Shown here piece by piece: positions 52,598-62,169 of a DNA stretch of 64,000 bases (within the stretch, counting starts at the first letter, position 1; each line of letters starts with the position of its first letter). The stretch covers positions 672,001 to 736,000 of the forward strand of contig CAVWLP010000003.1 in assembly GCA_963755915.1 (NCBI GenBank), written 5' to 3'. The stretch is from an uncultured Phycisphaerales bacterium. GTDB taxonomy: Bacteria > Planctomycetota > Phycisphaerae > Tepidisphaerales > Tepidisphaeraceae. Position numbers and translations under genes: made by a program. A model generated the notes under the pieces. The model saw nothing but the letters and a program-made list of their open reading frames with translations, made no database searches and had not been told where the DNA came from.

Positions 52598-53095
52598 TTA
52601 TCCTTCGCGGAGAGCATCCTCAATCTGATGAATCGCGTGCTGGACCTGGTCGAGCGCGGCGTCGCGGTGACCCTTGAAAATGTCCTCGGCATTCTGCAAT
52701 TCGTCACGCGCGTGATTGAGGGCGTCGAGGGCGTGGTGCAGATGGGGGTAATGGTCGTCGTCGAGCTTATTGGCGGCGGGTAAACCTACGGCGGCGTCGG
52801 TTTTTTCGCCCTGCTCTTCGAGGCCGGTTTTTACCTGTTCGATGGCGCGGTCGACGTGGTCCATGGCTTCGGCCTTGTGGCCTTTGAAGATGTCCTCAGC
52901 CTGATCGAGCTCAGAGCGGGCTTCGCGCAGGCGGTCGAGGGCGCGGTGCATGTGCGGAAAGTGGTGATAGTCGTCATCCATGCGGACGGCAGAGGGCGCG
53001 ACTGAGTCCGGTGGAGTCGCGCGGACAGTGGAAAAGGGAATGGCCGATAATGCGGCGGCCAACGATAAAGTGATGATTGGATGGTTCATGGGCAT
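52598..53095 (-). CDS. Secreted His-rich protein with two tandem helical repeats
   Basis: Signal peptide; HFPHMHRALDRLREAR.EL..AEDIFKGHK and HYPHLHHALDALNHAR.EL..AEDIFKGHR. Confidence 0.75.
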   Translation of the reverse strand: MPMNHPIITLSLAAALSAIPFSTVRATPPDSVAPSAVRMDDDYHHFPHMHRALDRLREARSELDQAEDIFKGHKAEAMDHVDRAIEQVKTGLEEQGEKTDAAVGLPAANKLDDDHYPHLHHALDALNHARDELQNAEDIFKGHRDAALDQVQHAIHQIEDALREG

Positions 53096-53188
53096 GATTA
53101 TCTCCTCGGCAATAAAACGGGATAACCCACAAAATATTGTTTGGGGAAGACCCGACCATTCGCTTGGTGGGGCTTTTTTTGGGGTGCG

Positions 53189-55558
53189 CTAATCGTCGAG
53201 GAGGAAGCGGATGAGGTTGGGGGGCAGGAGGGGTTTCTGGACGTTGATGACGAAAGTGACGAGCATCATTTTGTCGTGGCGTTTGAACTGGGCCCACATT
53301 TTGTAGAGGCCTGGTTTGGGGAAGATGACGCCGAAGGGAATGTCGGGGCCGGCGCGGGCGTTCTGGTCGGGCGGGTTCAATTGCTCGGGGTGGCAGTGCA
53401 GATAGATCTGGGAGTCCTGAGAGATGTAAACGCAGTGGGCCATGGCGGAGAGGTAGGGTTGGAGATCGATGATGGGCTGGCCGTTCTGGGTCAGGCGGAT
53501 CATGAAGTGGGTTTCGATTCCGGAAACGGGCGTGCGGGGCTCGAAGAAAAGTTCCGCGGTGATGGTGGGATCGGAAGGGAGGGATTCTGCCAGGGCGGGA
53601 GAGGGCGTGAGATCGGGGGGATCGATCAGCAGTTCGGCGGTTTGGCCTTTTGCGTGGACGGCGACGGGAAGGCGGAAGACCTGGGCGCGCTGGCCGATGG
53701 GGGTGATGTCGGCATAGAGGAGATAGACGCCGGGCGTCGGGAAAGTGTAGGGGAGGATGAGGGAGCCATCGGGCTGCATTTGCGGATGGACGTGGTCGAA
53801 GAAGGTGAAGTCGGAGGAGATGATGATGAGGTGGAGGAGGTGTTCGTGGACGGTCATCAGGTCGCGGAGGAGCTTGCCCTGTTTGAGGGGCGTGAAGCGG
53901 AGGAGGGTTTGTTCGCCGGCGACGGCGTTGCTCGGCGTGAACTGCATGTCATAGTCGGGGGTGTGGAGGGTTGTGGGGGGCGTTCGGCGGATGGGGACGA
54001 GGGGCATTCCGCAGAGGGGGCAGACGCCGGGGGAGACGGAGATGATGCCGTCGTGCATGGGGCACTGGTATTGGGCGAGTTCGTTGGGGGGGACGGGGAT
54101 GATCAGGCTGGTGACCCAGGGGTCGAAGTAGCCCATTTTTTCCTGGCCGTTGACGGGTAATTCGGCGCGGGCGGAGAAGGCCATCACGTTTTTTAGGAAC
54201 GGGGCATTGGCGGAGAAGTGGGCGTGGGATTGATCGGATTGGAGGGGGATGGCGATTTCGGAGTAGCCTCGGGAGATGAGCAGGTTGACCTGGTCGGTGG
54301 GGACGGGGACGGGGGTTTCGGTGAAGCGGTCTTTGACATAGAGATCTAATTGTTGATTGGATGGATTGAAGGAGAGCTGGGCGCGGATGGGGCCGTAGGG
54401 GGCGATGGGGGAATTGGGGTCGCGGGAGCCGTCGGCGTGGACGCCCCAGCGGTTGTAATGGCCGTAGCCGATGTACCAGGGGAGGCCTTCGTTGTAGGTG
54501 ATGAGGAGGATGGATTCGGTGCACATCAGGACGGCGAAGATGACGGCGAAAGGTTTTTTAAATTTTGGGAATCCGTCCTGGAGGAGTCGGGCAGCGCCGA
54601 TGCCGAGGGCGGTGAGGCCCATGGTGATGTGGGCGATGTAGACGCCGGCGGCGACGTTGGCGTAGGGGGCGACGGTGTGGACGTGAGTGAAGAGCATTCC
54701 ACCGCCGATGAGAGCCATGACGGCGACGAGTTTGGAGGGGGTGGAGAAGGAGCGGGTGGTGGGGTGTTTTTTGTGGAGGCGCCAGATGCCGAGGGCCCCT
54801 ACCGTCGCGAGGACGATGGCGAGGGTTTTGTGGAGCTGGACTTCGCGGTCGCGGAGTTGGCGGGGGTCGAAGAGGCGGTAGAGGTCGAGGTCGGCGAAGA
54901 AGAAGAGGGAGATTCCGCCGACCAGGAGAAGCGCGGGGCCGACCCATTTGAGCTTGTCGGCTTTTTTGGGGAAGAGGGCGTGGACGAAGAGGGAGCCGGA
55001 GAGGGCGAGGGTGAGCCAACCGGCGACGTGGTGCATGAGTTCGGAATAGCGGAGGTTTTCGTCGGTTTGGCGGGTGGCGAGGTTGTTGAGGTCGTGGAGG
55101 GTGAGGACGGAGTTGGAGGTGGCGCCGACGACGGCGGCGCCGTAGTCGAAGACGAGTCTGCCGCCGAAGTAGCCGGTGATGACCAGAAAGGAGTACCAGG
55201 CGAGGCCGATGACGGTGTAGAGGGCGAGGGATTTTCGGGTGTTTTCGTTGAGGAAGATTCGCCAGGCCATGAGGATGACGAAACCCCAGGAGGCGATGTT
55301 GGCCATGAGTTCGTGCCACTCGATGGCATCTTCGGGGATGCCGGCGCGGCCGGCCCAGATTTCGGCGTAGATTCCGCAGATGAAGGCGATCAGGAGGAAG
55401 AAGGTTCCGGCGGCGGAGAGGCACTTGGCGGCGAAGTGGCAGCGGGGGGAGCGGGAGAAGAGGCCGGCGGCGTCGAAGATGAGGCCGGCGAGAAGCAGGA
55501 CCAGGGGGAACTGGACGAGCTTGGGGTGGAGATCGCCTAGGAATTGCCAGAATTGCAT
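53189..55558 (-). CDS. DUF2231-like membrane protein fused to heavy-metal-binding and His-rich soluble domains (probable Cu homeostasis)
   Basis: LHPKLVQFP; YSELMHHVAG; YQCPMH...PGVCPLCGMPLVP; HEHLLHL...DHVHP; AHCV...HCHP. Confidence 0.72.
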   Translation of the reverse strand: MQFWQFLGDLHPKLVQFPLVLLLAGLIFDAAGLFSRSPRCHFAAKCLSAAGTFFLLIAFICGIYAEIWAGRAGIPEDAIEWHELMANIASWGFVILMAWRIFLNENTRKSLALYTVIGLAWYSFLVITGYFGGRLVFDYGAAVVGATSNSVLTLHDLNNLATRQTDENLRYSELMHHVAGWLTLALSGSLFVHALFPKKADKLKWVGPALLLVGGISLFFFADLDLYRLFDPRQLRDREVQLHKTLAIVLATVGALGIWRLHKKHPTTRSFSTPSKLVAVMALIGGGMLFTHVHTVAPYANVAAGVYIAHITMGLTALGIGAARLLQDGFPKFKKPFAVIFAVLMCTESILLITYNEGLPWYIGYGHYNRWGVHADGSRDPNSPIAPYGPIRAQLSFNPSNQQLDLYVKDRFTETPVPVPTDQVNLLISRGYSEIAIPLQSDQSHAHFSANAPFLKNVMAFSARAELPVNGQEKMGYFDPWVTSLIIPVPPNELAQYQCPMHDGIISVSPGVCPLCGMPLVPIRRTPPTTLHTPDYDMQFTPSNAVAGEQTLLRFTPLKQGKLLRDLMTVHEHLLHLIIISSDFTFFDHVHPQMQPDGSLILPYTFPTPGVYLLYADITPIGQRAQVFRLPVAVHAKGQTAELLIDPPDLTPSPALAESLPSDPTITAELFFEPRTPVSGIETHFMIRLTQNGQPIIDLQPYLSAMAHCVYISQDSQIYLHCHPEQLNPPDQNARAGPDIPFGVIFPKPGLYKMWAQFKRHDKMMLVTFVINVQKPLLPPNLIRFLLDD

Positions 55559-55612
55559 TGTGAGGACCCACGGCAGCGCCGTGGGCGTTCCCGGAGAAGA
55601 TATTTATTTCGC

Positions 55613-58177
55613 TCAATCGTAATCATCGGGGATGGAATCCAGGTCGCGATGGGATCTTGGGCGCGACATGGGTTGGGGTGCGATGGGTTCGTCGTGGACG
55701 AGATGCTTGTCGGCGGAGCCGGTGCGGGCGGAGGGGGCTTCGGGGGCGCGGGGCTCGGGCCTGGGGGGAGGGAGCTGGGGTTGGTGCTGGGGCTGGGCGG
55801 CGAATTTGGGCTGCTGGGGATTTTCGTAGCGGCGGCGGTTGTTGCTGTTGTTGCGGTTGTTGTTGCCCCGATTGCTTCCACCGCGGCGGTTGCCCTGGTT
55901 GCCGCCCTGATCGCGGCGATTTTGCGGCTGGTGCTGCTGCTGGGGCGGGGGTTGACGGTTAAACTTGTCGTCTTCGAGCTCGCCCTCGACGATTTGGGGC
56001 TGGGCGGTGTTGGATTGGATTTTGGGGGTTGGTACTGGTTCTGGTTTTCGTTGCGGTTTCTGTTTCGGCCGCGACCCCCGCGGCGGCCGCGACGACGGCG
56101 GCGGTTTTGGTCTTCGCTTTCGGCGCGGTCCCGGCTGGGAAAAAGCTCGTTACCGGGGGCGGGCTTGTCGCCGTATTCGTCGTGGATTTCATGCGGCGGC
56201 TCTGAAGAGGATTGGGCGAGAGACCGGGGTTGGGGTTCGTCGAAATCGTCGGGCTCGGGCTGGGATTCCGGCTCGGGCTCGGAATCGGAATCAGAGTCCG
56301 ACTCGACGGGGGTGAGTTCGGGGGCCGGTTGGGAGGATTCGGGCGACTGGGGCGCGGGGAGAGGCGGGGGCTCGGATCGGGCGGAGAATTCGGCTTCTTC
56401 GAGGGCCTGGTCGCGGCGGTCGAGCTCGTCGTCGACGTTTTCGAGATCGTATTTGTCCTCGTCGTCGCGCTGGTGCGGCGGCTCCGGGGGCGGGGGGAGT
56501 TGTTGCTGGGGAGGACGGCGCTGGGGGCGCTGGTCGGGACGGCGGCCGCCGTGGCGCCCGCGGTTGTCGGTGCGGTTGTCTTGACGATTGTCGGGGCGGC
56601 CGGAACGCGTGGGGGTATGGAGGGGGAGAGGGGGCGTCATGCCGAGCTCTTCGAGATAGACGTTTGAATCGCGGGCGTCGAAGAGCTCGATGCGGGCCTC
56701 GTCGAGGGGGACGGTGGGATCGGCGCGGACGATGACGCGTTTCTTGAACTGATGCTCGAGGGCGACGATCTGGTCGCGCTTGCGGTTCTGGAGGTAGAAG
56801 GCGACGTCGGGATAGACGGCGAGATCGACGCGGGCGACCTTGAGGTCGTTCATGGCGATGGCGAGCCGGCGCATGACGTCGAGGCTCATGCTTTCGGGAG
56901 TTTTGACGAGGCCGGCGCCGCGGCAATGGGGGCAGTCGAAATAGATGGAGCGCTTGAGGCTGGGGCGCATGCGCTGGCGGGTGAGCTCGATGATGCCGAA
57001 CTGGCTCATGCGCAGGACCTTGGTCTTGGCGCGGTCCTTGGCGAAGTTGGCGTGGAGGCGGGCGCTCGAGATCGCGGCGATGGCGTTCGAAGCGGAGGTC
57101 GATGAAGTCGCAGATGATGACGCCGCCGAGGTCGCGAAGGCGGAGCTGGCGGGGAATTTCGTCGGCGGCTTCCATGTCGGTTTTGAAGGCGGTGGTTTCG
57201 GCGTCGGCATGCTCGCGGAATTTTCCGCAGTTGACGTCGATGGCGACGACGGCCTCGGTGGAGTCGATGACGAGGGAGCCGCCGGAGGGGAGCGGGACGT
57301 GGCGGCTGTACATCAGCTCGATTTCGCGTTCGATGCCGTACTTGTGGAACAGGGGGACGGGGCCTTCGTAAAGGTCGACGCTGTTTTTGGTGCGGGGGTT
57401 GGCGAGCTTGATGACTTCCTTGACGCGCTTGGCGACCTCTTTGTCGTCGACGACGATGGGGTCGATGTCGGTGGTGAAGACGTCGCGGACGGTGCGGGTG
57501 ACGAGGTCGCCCTCGGTGTAGAGCTCCATGGGGCCGGGGCCGGAGTCGCGCTTTTTGACGAAGGTTTGCCAGAGGCGGGTGAGGTAGGTGAGGTCGCGCT
57601 GGATTTCGGTTTTGGATTTTCCGACGCCGGCGGTGCGGATGATGAAGCCGACGTCCTTGGGCGGCTTGAGGGAATCGAGAATCTGGCGGAGGCGGCGGCG
57701 TTCTTCGTCGTCTTCGATTTTGCGGGAGACGCCCATCTTCGCCATGCCGGGCATCATCACGAGGATGCGGCCGGGGATGGAGAGATAGGTGGTGAGCGTC
57801 GGGCCCTTGGTGCCGATGCCTTCCTTGATGATCTGGACGATGATTTCGTCGCCGCGGCGGAGGCAGCGCTGGATGGGCGGGCCGGTCGCGGCGGGAGATT
57901 TTGCGGCCGACGGTTTCCTGGAAGTCCGTTGCCCTCGGCCGAAATAAGTCGGCATCAGGTCGGAGATGTGGAGGAACCCGTTGCGGCCCAGGCCGAAATC
58001 GACGAACGCGGCCTGGATGGAGGCTTCGACGTTGGTGACGCGGCCCTTGTAGATGTTGCCGACGTGGCTGGTGGCGCTGGTGCGCTCCATGTAGAGTTCT
58101 TCAAGGCGTCCGTCTTCGACGAGGGCGATTCGGCATTCTTCGCCCTGGGAGACGTTGATGAGCATTTCTTTTGCCAC
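55613..58177 (-). CDS. rne: Ribonuclease E/G with long disordered C-terminal tail (several frameshifts)
   Basis: GNIYKGRV.NV...QAAFVDFG...GFLH; KEGIGTKGP; TEAVVAIDVN; LRLRDLGG; ELTRQR; CPHC; ends ...DSIPDDYD* at 55613. Confidence 0.9.
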
Positions 58178-58237
58178 GGTTGGTCCTTTTACATTCGAGC
58201 GCTTCCCTTTGGGCGCGGCTAAACAATACGAAGTATT

Positions 58238-59979
58238 CTAGAAGGCTTCGGGGTCAATTTTCTGGGTTTCGTCGCGCAGGTAATGCATGACCTGGCGTTC
58301 GCTGTCGAAGCTCATGACCCTCCGGGCCACTGTCTTGGCGTGTTCCATGGTGGTGGAACGGATAATTTTTTTCACCTCCGGGATATCGGGCGCGTTCATG
58401 CTGAACGTCGTCAGGCCCAGCCCCAGGAGCAGTAGAGTGTACAGGGGTTCGCCCGCCATTTCACCACACATGCTGACGCTGATGCTGCGGGAGCCCTTGC
58501 GGATGACATCGCGGACGAGGGCGAGGACGGCGGGATGACCGGGGCAGAAGAGCCCGGCGACTTTTTCGTTGGTGCGGTCGACGGCCAGGGTGTACTGGAT
58601 CAGGTCGTTGGTGCCGATGGAGAAGAAATTGACTTCCTTGGCGAATTTTTCGGCCATGAGGGCGGCGGAGGGGACTTCGATCATCATGCCGACGGGGATG
58701 TCGCGGTTGTAGGAGACGCCCTCGTCTTCGAGCTCTTCCATGACGTCGTTGAGGAGCATTTTGGCCTGACGGAGCTCCATGAGGGTGGTGATCATGGGGA
58801 ACATGATGCGGACATCGCCGAGGATGCTGGCGCGCATGATGGCGCGGAGCTGGCGTTTGAACATGGGGATGTCGTGCAGGCACATGCGGATGGAGCGGTC
58901 GCCGAGGAAGGGGTTGCGCTCGGGGCTGAGAGCCTTGTTCTGGGTGTATTTGTCGGCGCCGAGATCGAGCGTGCGGATGACCAGGGGGCGATTCTTAAGG
59001 CGAAGCAGGGCTTCGGCATAGGTGCCGTAATGTTCTTCCTCGCTGGGTTCGTGGTCGGAGGCGAGATAGAGAAATTCGGTGCGATAGAGGCCGACGCCTT
59101 CGGCGCCGCGGCGGAGGGCATCGTCGATGTCGGCGGGGAATTCGATGTTGGCCATGAGGCAGATGAGATGGCCGTCGAGGGTTTGAGCGGGCGAGTTCAT
59201 GGAGGGTTGCGCGCTCGGTTTCGAGTCTGAGCTGCGGCGGGTTTCGGCGGTGCGGTAGTCCTGAAGGTCCTGTGCGTCGGGGTTGATGATGACGACGCCG
59301 TGATCGCCGTCGATGATGACGAGTGTCGCCGGCGGAGACTTCGGAGGTGATGTCGGTGAGCCCGACGACGGCGGGGATTCCCATGGCGCGGGCGACGATG
59401 GCGGTGTGGCTGGTGCGTCCACCGGCGTCGGTGGCGAAGCCTTTGACGTGGACGCGGTCGAGGGAGGCGGTCTGGCTGGGGAGCAGATCGTGGGCGATGA
59501 GGATCCCGTCGCTGGTGAGATGGGCGACGTTCAACGCGCTGGCGGCCGGTGAGGCGGAGAAGCAGCTGGCGCTCGACGTCGTGGATGTCCTTGCCGCGCT
59601 CGGCGAGCATGTCGTTGGTGATTTCGGCGAAGCGGCGGCGTATTTTTCGAAGACGGTGGTGACGGCGTATTCGGCGGTGCTCTTGTTGGCGAGGATGGCG
59701 CCGTCGACCTGTTCGACGAGCGGTTTTGTCCTGAAGAACGCCGATGTGAAAGTCCATGATGGCGGCGATTTCCTTGCGATTGGCGGCGAGGAGCTCGTCG
59801 CGCTGGCGGGTGAGGTCGCGGATGACATCCTGGATGGCGTTGTGAAAGCGCTGGGACTCGGCGGCGACATTGGCGGCGGGGATCTGCCGGCGGGGGATGA
59901 CCAGATTCTCGGCATCAAGCACGATGGCGGTGCTGATGGCGACTCCGGGCGAAACTCCAATTCCCTTTTTTATTTCCAT
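58238..59979 (-). CDS. ptsI: PEP-protein phosphotransferase, PTS enzyme I (several frameshifts)
   Basis: GIGVSPG; GGRTSHTAI; GVGLYRTEFL; RTLDLGADK; MIEVP; SIGTNDLIQY; CGEMAG. Confidence 0.92.
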
Positions 59980-59983
59980 CGCG

Positions 59984-60265
59984 TCAATCTTCCCCGAATT
60001 TGTCCGCAAAGAGGCGGGCGAGCTTGTCGACGGCGGTTTGGGCGTCGTCGCCCTCGGCGAGGATTTTAAGGTGGGTTCCCTCCTCGGCGGCAAGGGTGAT
60101 CATCTGCATGACGCTTTTTCCGTCGGCGGTGCAGGGGTCGTCGCCGCCCTTGCTGACGGTGACCTTGGACTGGAACTGGTTGGCGAGATCGACGAATTGC
60201 ATGGCGGGCCTGGCGTGGAGTCCAAGGCGGTTAACGACGACGATATCGCGCGAGGCGCTGGTCAT
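59984..60265 (-). CDS. ptsH: HPr phosphocarrier protein
   Basis: NRLGLHARPA; DGKSVM; GDDA. Confidence 0.92.
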   Translation of the reverse strand: MTSASRDIVVVNRLGLHARPAMQFVDLANQFQSKVTVSKGGDDPCTADGKSVMQMITLAAEEGTHLKILAEGDDAQTAVDKLARLFADKFGED

Positions 60266-60297
60266 GGCGGAGGGTTTCCGAATATGGGCCCGGGCTT

Positions 60298-60765
60298 TCA
60301 CGGGCGCTGATCCGCCTCATCCAGCAGCTCGACGATGGCCTCCCGGGTAGCGCTTTGGCGCAGAAATCTTCGAAAGATGTCTTTCTGAAGGTTGCTGAAA
60401 ACGATGTTCATGGCCTGCAGGTGCTGCTGGGGCTGATTTTCGGGTGAAAGAAGGAGGAAGATGGTGAAGACCGGCTGATGATCGAGTGCGGCGAACTCGA
60501 TACCGGCGACGGACCGGCCGATGGTTCCGGCCATTTTCTTGACGGCCGGGTGCTTGACGTGGGGGACGGCGACGCCTTTGCCGAAGCCGGTGGAGCCGTT
60601 CTGCTCGCGCTTGATGAGAGCGGCGACGACTTCTTCGACGGCGGAGGCGGGCAGCGCCTGGGCCGATGCCAGTGCGGCAGCAAGCTCGCGGAGGGCGTCG
60701 TCGCGATCGGTGGCGGCAAGTTCTGCAACGATGGCATCGGCAACGATGAAATCCTTCAATTTCAT
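60298..60765 (-). CDS. ptsN: PTS IIA (Ntr-type) protein
   Basis: RE..GSTGFGKGVAVPH; FAALD.QPV; position between hpf and HPr. Confidence 0.85.
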   Translation of the reverse strand: MKLKDFIVADAIVAELAATDRDDALRELAAALASAQALPASAVEEVVAALIKREQNGSTGFGKGVAVPHVKHPAVKKMAGTIGRSVAGIEFAALDHQPVFTIFLLLSPENQPQQHLQAMNIVFSNLQKDIFRRFLRQSATREAIVELLDEADQRP

Positions 60766-60781
60766 TGGAATGATGGCCCTT

Positions 60782-61168
60782 TCATTTTCGTCGAGTTGAG
60801 GAGCGGGAAGCTTTGCGCTTCACGCCAGCCAGGGGGGCGGCGGAGCGCATGGAGTGCTTGTCGGGAAGCGAGGAATGCTTGCGGTTTCGGAACCTTTTTT
60901 TGTAGTCGGAGAGCTGGCGCTCGAGCTTGTCAATGCAGGCGTCGACGGCGGCGTAGGCATCGTCGCGGGCGACGTGGACGATGAACATTTTGCGGTGCTC
61001 GGCGTTGACGATCATCTCCAGCCGGGTGGTTTCGGTGGCGATCTCGAAGATGACCTCGATTTCCTGGATTCGGTCGTAATAGCGGGTGAGCTTGGAGGTT
61101 TTCTGCTGGGCGTATGATTTGAGCGACGGAGTGACGTCCGTGTGCCGGGAAGAGATAGTTACGAGCAA
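60782..61168 (-). CDS. hpf: Ribosome hibernation promoting factor (HPF/RaiA)
   Basis: I..RH..VT..LK.Y...K..KL..Y; D.YAAVD...DKLERQL; TTG start after AAGGAGG. Confidence 0.9.
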   Translation of the reverse strand: MLVTISSRHTDVTPSLKSYAQQKTSKLTRYYDRIQEIEVIFEIATETTRLEMIVNAEHRKMFIVHVARDDAYAAVDACIDKLERQLSDYKKRFRNRKHSSLPDKHSMRSAAPLAGVKRKASRSSTRRK

Positions 61169-61308
61169 ATGGCCTCCTTGATACCTTTAAACTTCATTGT
61201 ACAGCATAGCGTGGGGGTGGAGGGGGGGAAGTTGTGAGTTTCGATGCAGAATGGTGTGAAAAGTGCGAAAGTGTGAAGGTGTGAAACGTGGGGTTGCGCA
61301 AAATGTTG

Positions 61309-62160
61309 TCAGCCGGTTTGTTCTAAGGGGGTTTGGGCGGGGAGTTTTATGGGGGGGTGGAGAGGTTCTGGGGTGGGGGTTTTGACGACGAGGGGGGCTT
61401 CGGGACCGGGCATGATGACGCCGCCGGTGACGAGGAGGCGCATGGCTTCTTCGACGGTCATGGGGAGCTCGACGACTTTGTTGCGGGGAACGACCAGGAC
61501 GTAGCCGCTGAAGGAGGTGGGGGTGGAGGGGATGAAGACGGTGACGACTTCTTCAGGGCCGGCGTCGGAGAGGGTGAGTTGAGTGGTGTTGGTGACGAAG
61601 CCGATGGACCAGATGTTCTGCTCGTGGGGCTGTACGGCAACGACGCGGGATTGGTGGAACTGATGGGACCGGTCGGTGAGGACGAAATCGGTGACCTGCT
61701 TGACGGCGGGATAGATGGCGCGGACGAGGGGGATGCGGAGGACGGCGCGTTCGATGACGCGCCAGAAGGCCCGGCCGATGAGGTTGCCGACGAATACGCC
61801 CACGAAATAGACCAGGACGATGGAGAGGCCGACGCCGAGGATTCGGGTGCCCAGGTCGTTATCGTCGAGGGCGAGGCGGATGTAGTTGGGGGACTGAAAC
61901 GGGAGCCAGTGCTGGGTGAAGATGGCGTAATACCAGGCAAGGCGGATGAGGTTGATGATATGGACGCCGAGGTTTTCCCACAGAAAGTCCCAGGCCCAGG
62001 TAAGAAGCCAGAGGGTGATGAGTGTGGGCATGACGGCGGCGAGGCCGCGCAGGAAGAAGCGTTTGAAATCATCGGCGAATCCGGGCTTGGAATCGGGGAG
62101 ATTGGGCGCGGCTTCGTCACTGCGGGGAGGAAGCGAAGGTGGGTTGCCGGAATCGGTCAC
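61309..62160 (-). CDS. DUF502 family membrane protein
   Basis: F..GL...P..IT; RIPLVRAIY..VKQ; VFIPSTP...SG; MTVEEAM...VTGG. Confidence 0.88.
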   Translation of the reverse strand: MTDSGNPPSLPPRSDEAAPNLPDSKPGFADDFKRFFLRGLAAVMPTLITLWLLTWAWDFLWENLGVHIINLIRLAWYYAIFTQHWLPFQSPNYIRLALDDNDLGTRILGVGLSIVLVYFVGVFVGNLIGRAFWRVIERAVLRIPLVRAIYPAVKQVTDFVLTDRSHQFHQSRVVAVQPHEQNIWSIGFVTNTTQLTLSDAGPEEVVTVFIPSTPTSFSGYVLVVPRNKVVELPMTVEEAMRLLVTGGVIMPGPEAPLVVKTPTPEPLHPPIKLPAQTPLEQTG

Positions 62161-62169
62161 AGGATGATT

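Noticed and set aside
53141-58222. Long antisense ORFs (e.g. 53141-54160, 54350-55540, 56945-58222, and similarly 62188-63408)
   Set aside because: Shadow frames of GC-rich genes on the opposite strand, with no recognisable motifs.
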